Positions 49,872 to 59,597 of a stretch of 64,000 nucleotides of DNA are shown piece after piece; position 1 is the first letter of the stretch; every line of letters starts with the position of its first letter. Origin of the DNA: an uncultured Clostridia bacterium (GTDB lineage: Bacteria; Bacillota; Clostridia; TANB77; CAG-508). The stretch is from NCBI GenBank assembly GCA_934167305.1, contig CAKPKQ010000004.1, positions 3,255 to 67,254 on the forward strand, in the 5' to 3' direction. Under the pieces are notes generated by a model, which was not told where the DNA came from, did not search any database, and worked only from the letters and a program-made list of their open reading frames with translations. The position numbers and the translations under genes were made by a program.

Positions 49872-50282
49872 ATGAAAGAAAAAAAGGATATTGCATTAAT
49901 AATATTATCTATAGTTGTAATTTTTTTGATATTAATGGGATTATATGCATTAAGTTCAAATATAACAATGAAAAGAACTATAGGAGAGATTACATATTGT
50001 AAGATGGTGCATGACACCAATAGAGATGCTGTATATTGGAATGCAAGTGCAAAATTTTTTGTGGATGGAAAAGAATATTCTGGATATGTAAATGTTACTA
50101 GTAATAAGGATATTGGAGAAAAAATAATGATTTTGTATAATCCAAAAGATCCAAATGATTTTATCAGTCAATCTTCAACTTTTAGCGGAATCGTTATGAT
50201 AATTTTTGGTTTTATATTTTCAATACCAATAATACTAAAACTAAAGAATAAACAAAAGCTAAAGGAAAATTACAAATTATGA
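49872..50282 (+). CDS. DUF3592-like membrane protein
   Basis: TM, then a beta-rich domain (ILYNPKDPNDF), then a C-terminal TM. The ATG at 49872 is preferred over the track TTG at 49848, which overlaps the GGAGG. Confidence 0.55.
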   Translation: MKEKKDIALIILSIVVIFLILMGLYALSSNITMKRTIGEITYCKMVHDTNRDAVYWNASAKFFVDGKEYSGYVNVTSNKDIGEKIMILYNPKDPNDFISQSSTFSGIVMIIFGFIFSIPIILKLKNKQKLKENYKL

Positions 50283-50350
50283 AAATACTAGGAAAAGCAA
50301 AAAAAAAGAAACCTCTTTCGAGGAAAAGAATTTATTTCTTTTTATGTGAT

Positions 50351-50674
50351 TTAGCTGTTGGATAAAAATGCCTCTAGCTCTGAAATTAGCATATTTACCT
50401 TAATTTTTTCGCTTTCATATAATCCTGTACCATAACTTTTTATAGTATTGCGTACCCACTGTACTCTTTGGAGTAAGCAAGTACCAGGCAAACAAGAATA
50501 CACTGTTAGCAAATTATAAATAGCTTCTAGAATCTTTGAAATGGTAACGTTATTATCCTGGTTATTTTTTAAACCATCAATAGCAAACCGAAGGCTGTCA
50601 TTCTGCATTTTGCAGCAGATTTGTTTGCAGTCGCATTCCACAGTTTTTGCAGGCTTTTTATTGCTCTGACACAT
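50351..50674 (-). CDS. Hypothetical Cys-rich 107-aa protein with elevated G+C
   Basis: The ATG at 50674 follows a GGAGG RBS. N-terminal ECDCKQICC cluster. A 60-nt spot count (50581-50640) gives about 45% G+C. Confidence 0.45.
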   Translation of the reverse strand: MCQSNKKPAKTVECDCKQICCKMQNDSLRFAIDGLKNNQDNNVTISKILEAIYNLLTVYSCLPGTCLLQRVQWVRNTIKSYGTGLYESEKIKVNMLISELEAFLSNS

Positions 50675-50881
50675 AATACCTCCAACAGTATTCACGCTCA
50701 ATTACATCAGTAAATGTAAAAGATAATGAAATCGGTACATTTATTATAATTCGCTGTACCAACGAATATTATAGTTATATTATAATGTATTTTACATAAA
50801 ATTGCAAGTTTACATTTATGAGAAATTTAAAAGAAAGCCCAAGAGTAAAGATTAGCATTGCAAAATAATTTTAATAAAAAA

Positions 50882-51166
50882 ATTATTTTGCTACATTAGC
50901 TTTATATGCATTTTTTACCTCTTGAATATCTTTTGACTTTCCTATAACTGCTTTTCCATTTATTACAGATTCAACTTGAAACAATGATAATTGATTATTT
51001 TCAATAGCTAAAGATGAATGTATTGACTGTGTTCTTGTTTTTCTTCTTAATTCTGGAAATCTATTTAAATTTTCAAAATAATTTGCTTATCCTATTTTTT
51101 TCATTATGCTTGTTGCTAAATTTAACATTTTATCAGTTATTGTATAAGGTGGGGAATTTGTTTTCA
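50882..51166 (-). pseudogene. Fic/DOC-family gene remnant (N-terminal fragment with an in-frame stop)
   Basis: Translation: MKTNSPPYTITDKMLNLATSIMKKIG*ANYFENLNRFPELRRKTRTQSIHSSLAIENNQLSLFQVESVINGKAVIGKSKDIQEVKNAYKANVAK*. The SSLAIENN.LS and EV.N.Y blocks are typical of Fic N-terminal regions. The HPFxxGNGR core is absent, and there is an in-frame TAA at 51086-51088. Confidence 0.65.
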
Positions 51167-51263
51167 TCTAAAACCTCCTACGCAACTATATTTATTGCCT
51201 ACTTCTTAAAAAAAGAACCATACAAAACATTGATTTTTCAATACTTGTATGGTTTTTCGTTTA

Positions 51264-51351
51264 TGGTGCAGATGGCCGGAATCGAACCGGCACGGTTTAT
51301 TCAACCGCAGGATTTTAAGTCCTGTGCGTCTGCCAGTTCCGCCACATCTGC
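51264..51351 (-). tRNA. tRNA-Leu (anticodon UAA), CCA encoded
   Basis: The reverse complement folds as a cloverleaf: acceptor GCAGATG/CATCTGC, anticodon stem CAGGA/TCCTG with loop CTTAAAA, a long variable arm, T-arm GCCGG-TTCGATT-CCGGC, discriminator A and CCA. Confidence 0.93.
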
Positions 51352-51374
51352 ATTTATTTGAACTGACATTTAGT

Positions 51375-51404
51375 ATTGTACTACGAAACTTTAATATTTG
51401 TCAA
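51375..51404 (-). promoter_or_regulatory. Promoter candidate for tRNA-Leu
   Basis: On the minus strand: TTGACA, 18-nt spacer, TACAAT, ending about 23 nt upstream of the tRNA 5' end. Confidence 0.45.
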
Positions 51405-51502
51405 GATTTATTTTAAAAAATTTAAATAAAATAAAAAAATAAATATTTTTCTAGAATATTAATACAATAAAGTGTGAGGCTTTAGATACTTTAAAGAGAA
51501 AA

Positions 51503-51904
51503 ATGAAAAAGATGTCGAAACCTGTCACACGAAAGTTCTTGCTATTTCTACTTTTCATATATATAATAGGAACCATACCGATGAAAAGGAGGGAAAAAGA
51601 ATTGGAAAAGACAGTACAAGTATATGGCGATATTGAATTAAAAAATGAATTAGATGAAATATTAAATGGTCCAATTCAACTAAAATATTACAAAACATAC
51701 AATAATAGCAAAAGACAAAAACCATATGGAATAGGGGTAATAAAAACATATTGCAATGATGTTGAAACAGATATAGAAAAAAGAGAATTTAACCATATTT
51801 TTAGCAAAGAAAATGATGCTAATAATATGCTTGATATTTTAATTAAAAACAAAGTTACACCAATTACATTAAAAGATGTTTTAGAAGACTTTATATTAGT
51901 ATAA
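51503..51904 (+). CDS. Hypothetical protein (possible N-terminal membrane anchor)
   Basis: Coding-like ORF followed by a strong terminator. An alternative start at the internal MKRREKE is possible. Confidence 0.45.
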   Translation: MKKMSKPVTRKFLLFLLFIYIIGTIPMKRREKELEKTVQVYGDIELKNELDEILNGPIQLKYYKTYNNSKRQKPYGIGVIKTYCNDVETDIEKREFNHIFSKENDANNMLDILIKNKVTPITLKDVLEDFILV

Positions 51905-51950
51905 AAAAACTTTAATATTAGCACAATTTGCTAATATTAAAGTTTTTTAT
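51904..51950 (+). terminator. rho-independent terminator
   Basis: AAAAAACTTTAATATTAGC / GCTAATATTAAAGTTTTTT 19-bp stem. Confidence 0.85.
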
Positions 51951-52083
51951 TGCGTAAGATCATATAATAAAATTAAGTTATGTTAATTAAAAACATAATA
52001 AATATACATTAAAATTTTATGTACAGGATTTCAACGTAATTTAAAAGCACTTTTCCTATAATAAGCCTTTTTATGACAATTTC

Positions 52084-52112
52084 ATTGACTTACTAAAATT
52101 AAGATGTTAGAA
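52084..52112 (+). promoter_or_regulatory. Sigma-A-type promoter candidate for ppa
   Basis: TTGACT, 17-nt spacer, TAGAAT. Confidence 0.5.
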
Positions 52113-52145
52113 TAATATGGAATAATAGAAAGGGAGAGTAAAACA

Positions 52146-52676
52146 ATGAATATTTGGCATGATATAAGAAAAGATAGAATAAAAAAAGATGATTTTGTTT
52201 CAGTAATTGAAATTAGCAAAAATGGAAGAAATAAATATGAACTAGATAAAGAAACAGGTAGATTAAGACTAGATAGAGTATTGTACACATCAACGCATTA
52301 TCCTGCAAATTATGGCTTTATTCCAAGAACATATGCAGAAGATAATGATCCATTAGATGTATTGGTTCTATGTCAAGAAGAAATCATTCCACTAACATTA
52401 GTTGAATGTTACCCAATTGGGGCATTAATAATGACAGATAATGATGAACGCGATGAAAAAATTATTGCAATATGTAAAAAAGATCCGTTTTTAAACTGTT
52501 ACAATGATATTGATGAATTACCACACCAAACATCACTAGAAATTAAACATTTCTTTGAAGTATATAAACAACTAGAAGACAAGCAAACAGCAGTTGAAAA
52601 AATTGTTGGAAGAAAAGAAGCAGAAGAAATAATACAAAAATGCATGGAAAATTATGAGAAAAAATTTTGTAAATAA
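52146..52676 (+). CDS. ppa: Inorganic pyrophosphatase (family I)
   Basis: YPANYGFIPRT and DNDPLDVLVL motifs. Confidence 0.93.
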   Translation: MNIWHDIRKDRIKKDDFVSVIEISKNGRNKYELDKETGRLRLDRVLYTSTHYPANYGFIPRTYAEDNDPLDVLVLCQEEIIPLTLVECYPIGALIMTDNDERDEKIIAICKKDPFLNCYNDIDELPHQTSLEIKHFFEVYKQLEDKQTAVEKIVGRKEAEEIIQKCMENYEKKFCK

Positions 52677-52688
52677 AGGAATTAAAAA

Positions 52689-53885
52689 ATGTTTGAAAAA
52701 ATAATTTTTAATGTATTGGCTTTAGCACTTTTCACAATTACTTTTTTGAAATTAATTAAAAAAAATGATACAAGCTACATATATATACTGGCAATAGAAT
52801 TTATAGGACTGACTATTAATTTTATAGAATTATTTTTTGCAGTAAAATTAAATATATTCTTCAAAATTTTAATTTATATATTTTCGATTATTATTCCTGC
52901 AATAATAATATGGATAGAAAAATATAAAAAAATAGATTTTCCAGAATTGTTTAATGTAACTCTTGCTAAAGCTTTAACCAAATTTGGCAAGCAGGAACAA
53001 GCAAAAACAATAATATCTAATTTTTTAAATAAAAATCCAAATAGTTATATTGCACATAAATGGTTGGCAGAATATTATGAAGAAAAAGAAAATTATGAAG
53101 CGGCTATTAGCGAATATATGAGGGTAACAGATATAAAAAGAAATGACTTTGTTTCAACATATAAACTTTGCAGTGTTCTAAATAAAAATAAACAAAACCA
53201 AGAAGCTATTAAATTACTAGAAGAAATTTTAAGGCAAAAACCAGAATACGAAAATGCTAGTAATTTACTTGGTGAAATATTTTTTGAAGAAGAATTATAT
53301 AAAGAAGCTGTATCAGTTTATATGAGTGCTTTAAGGTATAATCCAGGAAGCTATGACTTGTACTATAGCTTAGGAATGGCATATACAATGATAAACGATT
53401 TTCAACGTGCAAAGGAATTTTATGAAAAAGCTGCACAAATTAATAGTTTGGCATATAATGCAAAATTGAATTTAGGACAAATTGCATTAATATATGGAGA
53501 TCTTGAGGAAGCAGAAAAATATTTTATGCAATCATGTAAGCAAGAAGATTTAGAATCAGGTTCATATTATTACCTTGCACAAATTGCTTTGCTAAAAGGG
53601 GATAATGATAAGGCAACAAACTATATGAATGTTGCAATTCAATTAGACCCTAAAATTTATAAACAAGTTCAAAAAGATCCTTTATTTAATCCAATCAAAG
53701 AAAAACTTAATAAGCCAGAAGAAGCTATTTCAAAAAAAATAAAAGGAATTTTAACCAAAAAAGAAAAAAATGTTAATAGACATTTAATGAAAACATGCAT
53801 ATTAGTTAAAAACTTAAGTAAAGAAGATATTCAACGAGTTAAAAATGAAACTCAACTAGAAAAAGAAGAAAAGCAAAAAGAATAA
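52689..53885 (+). CDS. Membrane-anchored tetratricopeptide (TPR) repeat protein
   Basis: Three N-terminal TM helices followed by repeated A-x-x-x-Y/F TPR-like 34-mers. Confidence 0.7.
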   Translation: MFEKIIFNVLALALFTITFLKLIKKNDTSYIYILAIEFIGLTINFIELFFAVKLNIFFKILIYIFSIIIPAIIIWIEKYKKIDFPELFNVTLAKALTKFGKQEQAKTIISNFLNKNPNSYIAHKWLAEYYEEKENYEAAISEYMRVTDIKRNDFVSTYKLCSVLNKNKQNQEAIKLLEEILRQKPEYENASNLLGEIFFEEELYKEAVSVYMSALRYNPGSYDLYYSLGMAYTMINDFQRAKEFYEKAAQINSLAYNAKLNLGQIALIYGDLEEAEKYFMQSCKQEDLESGSYYYLAQIALLKGDNDKATNYMNVAIQLDPKIYKQVQKDPLFNPIKEKLNKPEEAISKKIKGILTKKEKNVNRHLMKTCILVKNLSKEDIQRVKNETQLEKEEKQKE

Positions 53886-53924
53886 TAATTATAAAAAAAC
53901 ATACAATATACAAAGGAGAATAAA

Positions 53925-54731
53925 ATGGAAATATATCAATCTATAATATTAGGAGCAGTTCAGGGATTAACAGAATTTTTACCAATATCAAGTTCAGCAC
54001 ACTTAAATGTATTCCCTTGGATTTTTAACTGGCAACCTCTATCAGATGGAATGGATGTTGCACTACACATTGGAACCCTACTTGCATTAATAATATTTTT
54101 CTTTAAAGATTGGGTTAATTTAGTAAAAGCAGGATATAAAAAAGCAATAAAAAAACAAGATTCAACAGATGGAAAAATATTTTGGTATTTAGTAATTGCA
54201 ACTATACCAGCAGGAATATTAAGTTTGATTTTAGATAAAATATCAAGCAAAATTATTGGTGAAAATATAAATGTTCAAATGTTTATAATTGCTATTTCAT
54301 TAATTATAATGGGAATACTACTATACATAGCAGACAAAAAATCAAAATCAACTACAGATTATGAACATATATCATTAAAACAGGCAGTTATAATAGGAAT
54401 ATCACAAGCTTTTGCTGCTGCATTTCCAGGAGTTTCACGCAGTGGTATTACAATGACTGTTGCAAGAGCATTAAAAGTTAATAGAGAGGGAGCAGCTAAA
54501 TTTTCGTTTATGTTAGCAATGCCAATAACTTTAGCAGCAGTGGTATTTGATTTAGACAAATTCCAATTTAACTTATCTCTTATATTAGGAATACTTACAA
54601 GTTTTATAGTAGGATTTTTAATTATCAAATTTTTAATGAATTATTTAAAAAAAGGAAGCTTCAAAGCATTTGCAATATATAGAATTATATTTGGAATAAT
54701 AATTATTACTTTAGCATTAATAAGAATGTAA
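53925..54731 (+). CDS. uppP: Undecaprenyl-diphosphate phosphatase
   Basis: GLTEFLPISSSAHL and GVSRSGITM motifs. Confidence 0.95.
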   Translation: MEIYQSIILGAVQGLTEFLPISSSAHLNVFPWIFNWQPLSDGMDVALHIGTLLALIIFFFKDWVNLVKAGYKKAIKKQDSTDGKIFWYLVIATIPAGILSLILDKISSKIIGENINVQMFIIAISLIIMGILLYIADKKSKSTTDYEHISLKQAVIIGISQAFAAAFPGVSRSGITMTVARALKVNREGAAKFSFMLAMPITLAAVVFDLDKFQFNLSLILGILTSFIVGFLIIKFLMNYLKKGSFKAFAIYRIIFGIIIITLALIRM

Positions 54732-54734
54732 AAT

Positions 54735-54768
54735 AAAAGGCATTCTCCTACGGGAGAGTGCCTTTTTA
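54735..54768 (+). terminator. rho-independent terminator of uppP
   Basis: GGCATTCTCC / GGAGAGTGCC stem (one G-U pair) with a TACG loop and a T-run. Confidence 0.8.
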
Positions 54769-54786
54769 AAGATTTAAAATGTGAAT

Positions 54787-54823
54787 ATTACAATTATATT
54801 ACAAATACATTACAATTATATTA
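54787..54823 (+). repeat. Two copies of the 15-nt direct repeat ATTACAATTATATTA upstream of the pil promoter
   Basis: Copies at 54787-54801 and 54809-54823, 22 nt start to start, ending 18 nt before the -35 element. Confidence 0.8.
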
Positions 54824-54840
54824 AAAGTAAATGAAATATA

Positions 54841-54868
54841 TTGACTTTTCACCAAAAACATATAGAAT
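54841..54868 (+). promoter_or_regulatory. Sigma-A-type promoter candidate for the pilus operon
   Basis: TTGACT, 16-nt spacer, TAGAAT. Confidence 0.5.
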
Positions 54869-54978
54869 ATTAATATCGAATGGTAAAAATATGTCAAATT
54901 AAAAAGAATTACAAGTATGTTTTTACAAAATTCGCAAAACCTAATTATAGGATTTTATTTTAAACGAAGGAGAAAATA

Positions 54979-56598
54979 ATGACAAGCTGCTTAGGAATTT
55001 TCATTGAACCAAATATAATTAAATATGCGAAAATTTCAAAAGACCATGATGTCCTAAGGGTTGAGTCGTTTGGAATAAAGTTTTATGATAAATTGGGAGA
55101 AGCAATTAATCAAGTAATAAGTGACACATATAGTTATAAAACACCAATTAGTATAAATCTATCAGAAGAATCTTATCAATATTTTTATATGTTCACTTTG
55201 TTAAACAAAAATGACTTAAAAAAAGCAATTCAAACAGAATATGAGGCATTTTGTTCTGATAAAAATATAAATAAAAATGCTGTAGAAACTAGATATGTAT
55301 TGGTTAATACAATTGATGATAAAGAAAAAGTAAAAGTAATTCACATGGCAGTAGATAAAGCATCAATAGCAAATCAAGAGCAACCATTTTCCGATTATAG
55401 AGTATCAACAATTGCTCCAATATCAATTAGTATTTCCAATATTGCAAATTTAAAACAAAAAGAAAATCTACTTATTGTTAATATGGAAAATGAAACAACA
55501 GTAACAACTGTTGTTGATCAAAGAGTTTATCAGGTAGATAAATTTCCAGAAGGTGCAGGAGATGTATTAGGAGATATTGCACTAAAAGAAAATTCATATT
55601 CAAAAGCATATGAAATTTGTAAAAATAGTACCATATATACAATGGAAGGTCAAGAACTACAAGAAGAGTCAAATGAATATTTAGACAATATTATGCCTAC
55701 ATTATATAAAATTGCTACTAATGTAAAAGAAATAATGTCAGATGAAACACTTAAAATAACTAAAGTATACTTAACAGGTACTTTATCTGTTATAAATAAT
55801 GTTGACTTGTATTTTCAAGAAGTACTTGAAAATGAAAAATGTGAGATTCTAAAACCATTTTTTATTACAGATACTCCTAAAATTAGTATAAAAGACTATA
55901 TAGAAGTAAACTCTGCAATAGCACTAGCACTACAAGGACTAGAGTATGGAGTAAAAGACGTTAACTTTAAAAAGCAAACATTTAATGAGCGCCTTAATAA
56001 TTCATTAGCAAAATTTAATATAGGCAAAGGCGAAGATTCTGGTAGTGGAAAAAGCAAAATAAATTTAGATCTTAGTGGAAGCTTCGACTTAACAGAAACT
56101 TGGCTACTTAGAACTTTAGGCGGGTTATTTATACTTATTATTGTATATACATCATTATCGTTGTTTATAAATAGATCTATAGAAAGTAAAAATGAACAAT
56201 TAGCTGATGTTAAAGAAGATACACAAAATAAGATTAATTTGGTAATGGCAGATATAAAAAAGGTAAATTCAAAAACAAGTGATTATGAAAGTTTATCAGA
56301 AAACTTGAAAAATATTAGTAATGAAGTATCGGAAAATAACAAAAATAGAAATAATATACCAAATTTACTTAGTGAAATAATGTATGCTATACCAAAAGGT
56401 GTACAAATTACATCAATTGAAAACACAACTTCAAAACACATTATAATACAAGCACAATCTGAAAAATATGAACAATTAGGTTATTTTAAAGCAATTTTAA
56501 GAACAAAAGGAATCTTATCACCAGATACAATAGTTTCTTCTCCAGGAGAAAAAACTGAAAACTTGGTAAAAGTTGTTATAGAAGGAGACTTACCATGA
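54979..56598 (+). CDS. Type IV pilus assembly protein, PilM (actin-like ATPase fold) fused to a PilN-like TM/coiled-coil module
   Basis: About 350-aa cytoplasmic PilM-like part, then TM LLRTLGGLFILIIVYTSLSLFI and a PilN-like periplasmic-type tail. Position at the head of the pilus operon. Confidence 0.65.
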   Translation: MTSCLGIFIEPNIIKYAKISKDHDVLRVESFGIKFYDKLGEAINQVISDTYSYKTPISINLSEESYQYFYMFTLLNKNDLKKAIQTEYEAFCSDKNINKNAVETRYVLVNTIDDKEKVKVIHMAVDKASIANQEQPFSDYRVSTIAPISISISNIANLKQKENLLIVNMENETTVTTVVDQRVYQVDKFPEGAGDVLGDIALKENSYSKAYEICKNSTIYTMEGQELQEESNEYLDNIMPTLYKIATNVKEIMSDETLKITKVYLTGTLSVINNVDLYFQEVLENEKCEILKPFFITDTPKISIKDYIEVNSAIALALQGLEYGVKDVNFKKQTFNERLNNSLAKFNIGKGEDSGSGKSKINLDLSGSFDLTETWLLRTLGGLFILIIVYTSLSLFINRSIESKNEQLADVKEDTQNKINLVMADIKKVNSKTSDYESLSENLKNISNEVSENNKNRNNIPNLLSEIMYAIPKGVQITSIENTTSKHIIIQAQSEKYEQLGYFKAILRTKGILSPDTIVSSPGEKTENLVKVVIEGDLP

Positions 56599-57326
56599 GA
56601 AAAATCTTAATGGCGGTTGTTGTACTTTTATTAGCTGTTTTAGGTGGTCTAATAATTTTTAATGGATTATCAATTGGAAACTTTAAAATTTTAAGTGCCA
56701 AACAAATAATTGAAGAAAACGAAAAGCTAACAACGGAAATTTCTGATACAGAAGTTTTAATGAATAGCGTATATCCATCAAAAACCGAAGAATTAGATAC
56801 TAGCGTTTCTAAATTATTAACAGCTGAGGAAGAATATTTAGACTTAGCTAATGTGAGTACAAAAGCAGAATTAAATAAAGCAAGTGTAGTTGAAACATAT
56901 ACTGTAGAATTTTTATGGACTAGACTTGGAAGACATGCAACTGCAGAGGGAGTTAATCTTAGTTATACACCTTCTGGAAAAAGTATAAACTTTACAGTTG
57001 TAGGGGAATATATTCCAATTCTTAGTTTCGTATCTGCAATTGAAAATGACAGTAAACTAGGCTTTACAATTGAAAATTTTAAACTTGTGCCAAATGGAGA
57101 AAACTTACAAGCAACATTTGTTACAAGAAATGTAAATATAAAAACAGAAAGTGTAAGTGCAAATGTTAATTCAAAAAGCACAACACAAAATAATACAAAT
57201 TCAACAAATGAAAATAAAAATACAAATGACACTACAACACAAAGCACAAATGAAAATCAAAATTCAGTAGAAGATAATACAACAGTACAAAACAATGAAA
57301 CTGCAAACCAAACACAAGCTCAATAA
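56595..57326 (+). CDS. PilO-like pilus assembly protein with an Asn/Thr/Gln-rich tail
   Basis: 4-nt overlap with the pilM/N gene; N-terminal TM followed by a coiled coil and a ferredoxin-like part. Confidence 0.55.
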   Translation: MRKILMAVVVLLLAVLGGLIIFNGLSIGNFKILSAKQIIEENEKLTTEISDTEVLMNSVYPSKTEELDTSVSKLLTAEEEYLDLANVSTKAELNKASVVETYTVEFLWTRLGRHATAEGVNLSYTPSGKSINFTVVGEYIPILSFVSAIENDSKLGFTIENFKLVPNGENLQATFVTRNVNIKTESVSANVNSKSTTQNNTNSTNENKNTNDTTTQSTNENQNSVEDNTTVQNNETANQTQAQ

Positions 57327-57350
57327 AATCTTTGACATAAAGGAGAAAAA

Positions 57351-57785
57351 ATGGTCAAATCAGTTATAAAAGAAATATTTATAATGTTACTATTATGTAT
57401 TGCAATTGTATTAATTTTAGGAGTTATTTTCTACAATTATATTCCTACAAACAAGGCTATACCAAATAAATTAGCCGAATACACTACACCAGAAAATATT
57501 AACTCAAAAATTGAAGAAGTAACACTTGAAAATAAAACAGAAGAAATTACTTATCAAATTGATAGTACAGATTTAAAATTATATAGAGAAACACATGGAT
57601 ATACAACTGGAAAGGTAAACCCATTTTCAGCAAGTACAAGTGTAGATAATGTTGAAAATAATACACAAAATAATAATCAAAATAGTCAAAATACAACAGG
57701 GGGAAATACACAAGGAAATAATGATGTAAAAAATGTTGATCCAAATTCAACAGGAACATTTTACAATAATACCCCTACAAAATAA
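57351..57785 (+). CDS. Hypothetical single-pass membrane protein of the pilus operon (low-complexity N/Q-rich C-terminus)
   Basis: TM near the N-terminus. The operon position is its only functional clue. Confidence 0.45.
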   Translation: MVKSVIKEIFIMLLLCIAIVLILGVIFYNYIPTNKAIPNKLAEYTTPENINSKIEEVTLENKTEEITYQIDSTDLKLYRETHGYTTGKVNPFSASTSVDNVENNTQNNNQNSQNTTGGNTQGNNDVKNVDPNSTGTFYNNTPTK

Positions 57786-57851
57786 TTAGTGGTTATATTT
57801 ATTATTTAAATATATACAAATAAATCTAAAGAGGAAAGGAGTGAAACACTT

Positions 57852-58271
57852 ATGAGAAATGAAAGAGGTATTACATTAATAGCTTTAGTAGTTACTATAG
57901 TTGTTTTATTAATTTTAGCAGGAGTAACAATTACTTATGCTTTAGGAGATAATGGATTATTTGGTAGTGCAAACAAAGCTGAATTAGCATCAGTTAAATC
58001 TACATTTACAGATGCTATAAGTAATGCACAAGCTGAATGCTTAATCAAATCATATGATACAGAGCAAACAGTACCAACAGCAGCAGCAGATCTTTTAACA
58101 TTAGTTAAAAATTATTTGCCAGATGCTTGGAAAACAGCTACAACATCAACTGATTTATCATTCACAGATAATAAATTAGGCGGAACAATTTCTACAACAG
58201 TTAATGGTAAAAATTATACTGTAACTGTAGAAAATGGTGCAGTTAAATCTGTAGAAAAAGTTGAAGCATAA
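57852..58271 (+). CDS. pilA: Type IV (major) pilin
   Basis: MRNERG/ITLIALVVTIVVLLILAGV class III signal, 139 aa, strong AAAGGAG RBS, hairpin downstream. Confidence 0.8.
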   Translation: MRNERGITLIALVVTIVVLLILAGVTITYALGDNGLFGSANKAELASVKSTFTDAISNAQAECLIKSYDTEQTVPTAAADLLTLVKNYLPDAWKTATTSTDLSFTDNKLGGTISTTVNGKNYTVTVENGAVKSVEKVEA

Positions 58272-58298
58272 GTTTGAATAAAAATTCAATTATAATTT

Positions 58299-58323
58299 AG
58301 GCATATGCATAATGTATATGCCT
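58299..58323 (+). promoter_or_regulatory. Hairpin immediately after the pilin gene (possible partial terminator/attenuator)
   Basis: AGGCATAT / ATATGCCT stem with a 9-nt loop and no clear T-run. Confidence 0.35.
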
Positions 58324-58347
58324 CAAATTATATTATAGGTAGGAAAA

Positions 58348-59163
58348 ATGAATATAGTATTATACACTTTAATTTTTATTATAGGAACGTTATTTGGAAG
58401 TTTTTTTACATTAGCAGTTTATCGTATACCATTAGGAAAAGACATAACACATGAACGTTCTTTTTGCCCAAATTGTAATCACAAGTTACAATTTTTAGAC
58501 TTAATACCTATTTTAAGCTATATATTTTTAGGCGGAAAATGTAGATATTGTAAACAAAAAATACGTCCGAGATATCTTTTACTAGAAACAATGTCAGGAG
58601 TAATTTTTGTTTTATTTGCTGTGTCTTTAAAAATTAATATATTTACAACTAATATAAATACATGGATTTATTTTATATTTGGAATACTATATTTAGTAAG
58701 CTTATTTATTATTGCTGGAATAGATAAAGAAAGAATTAAAGTTCAAAAATCAGTATTGTTATTTGGCTTTATTATACAAGCTATATATATAATTTATCTA
58801 TATATAGTAGAAAAAGATTTTAATATATATAGATATGTTATATATTTAACTATTATATGTATATTGGTTTTAATAGATGTATTATTTTTACGTAAAAAAG
58901 CAGAAAATAGTTATGCAGTAGAAAACTTATTACTTTGTATGTTACTTTTAGGCTTTACATATGAAATAACAACAATATTAACAATTACATATACATTAAT
59001 TTGTATATCATTACAACTTATATTAAGCAAAATAAAATTTAAATCAAATAAAATTGTAAAAAAAGAAAACGAACAAGAAAAAATACCAATTGCATTTTAT
59101 TTGTGTGTAACAAACATTATATGTTTAATAATAACAAATTTTATTATGTTTTATGAATTATAA
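58348..59163 (+). CDS. pilD: Prepilin peptidase (A24 family, PilD-like)
   Basis: CPNCNHKL...CRYCKQKI cysteine motif after TM1, a polytopic membrane body, and IAGIDKERI carrying the first catalytic-Asp-type segment. Confidence 0.75.
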   Translation: MNIVLYTLIFIIGTLFGSFFTLAVYRIPLGKDITHERSFCPNCNHKLQFLDLIPILSYIFLGGKCRYCKQKIRPRYLLLETMSGVIFVLFAVSLKINIFTTNINTWIYFIFGILYLVSLFIIAGIDKERIKVQKSVLLFGFIIQAIYIIYLYIVEKDFNIYRYVIYLTIICILVLIDVLFLRKKAENSYAVENLLLCMLLLGFTYEITTILTITYTLICISLQLILSKIKFKSNKIVKKENEQEKIPIAFYLCVTNIICLIITNFIMFYEL

Positions 59164-59183
59164 AAATTTTTAAAGAGGAAAAT

Positions 59184-59597
59184 ATGGCTAGAAATAAAAT
59201 TAATTTAAGATCAAATAAAGGCTTTACAATGCAAGATTTGATTGTTGCAATGTCTATTTTTACAATATTTGCAGGAATAGTTGGGACGATGTTAGTTGCC
59301 ACATTTAAAATTCAATCAGACAGTCAAGTAGATGAAGTTGCAACATTGTATGCAATACAAATAACAGAATATATAGACAAAACAAGCTATGATGAAGTAG
59401 ATGAAGAATTAGCAGGAAAGGTTGTAAAAAAATTCGGTATTCCTGATAACTTTACTGTTGAAATATCTACAGAAGACTATAACCCTAATAATGAAGATAA
59501 AACTTATGTTAAAAAAGTAAAAACAAATATTATATATACATTTGCTTCAAATACAAGAAACATTACTATTGAAAGATTAAAGGTTAGAGAGTTATGA
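59184..59597 (+). CDS. Minor pilin / pseudopilin
   Basis: KG/FTMQDLIVAMSIFTIFAGIV prepilin-type N-terminus with an acidic residue at +5. Confidence 0.65.
   Translation: MARNKINLRSNKGFTMQDLIVAMSIFTIFAGIVGTMLVATFKIQSDSQVDEVATLYAIQITEYIDKTSYDEVDEELAGKVVKKFGIPDNFTVEISTEDYNPNNEDKTYVKKVKTNIIYTFASNTRNITIERLKVREL

Noticed and set aside
51014-51361. 115-aa plus-strand ORF
   Set aside because: It runs antisense through the Fic remnant and into the tRNA-Leu gene, and it has no RBS.
54771-54978. c-di-GMP riboswitch upstream of the pilus operon or pilA (also 57786-57851), by analogy with clostridial pilA1
   Set aside because: Neither GEMM-I nor GEMM-II conserved segments are visible. The pilA spacer is only 66 nt.
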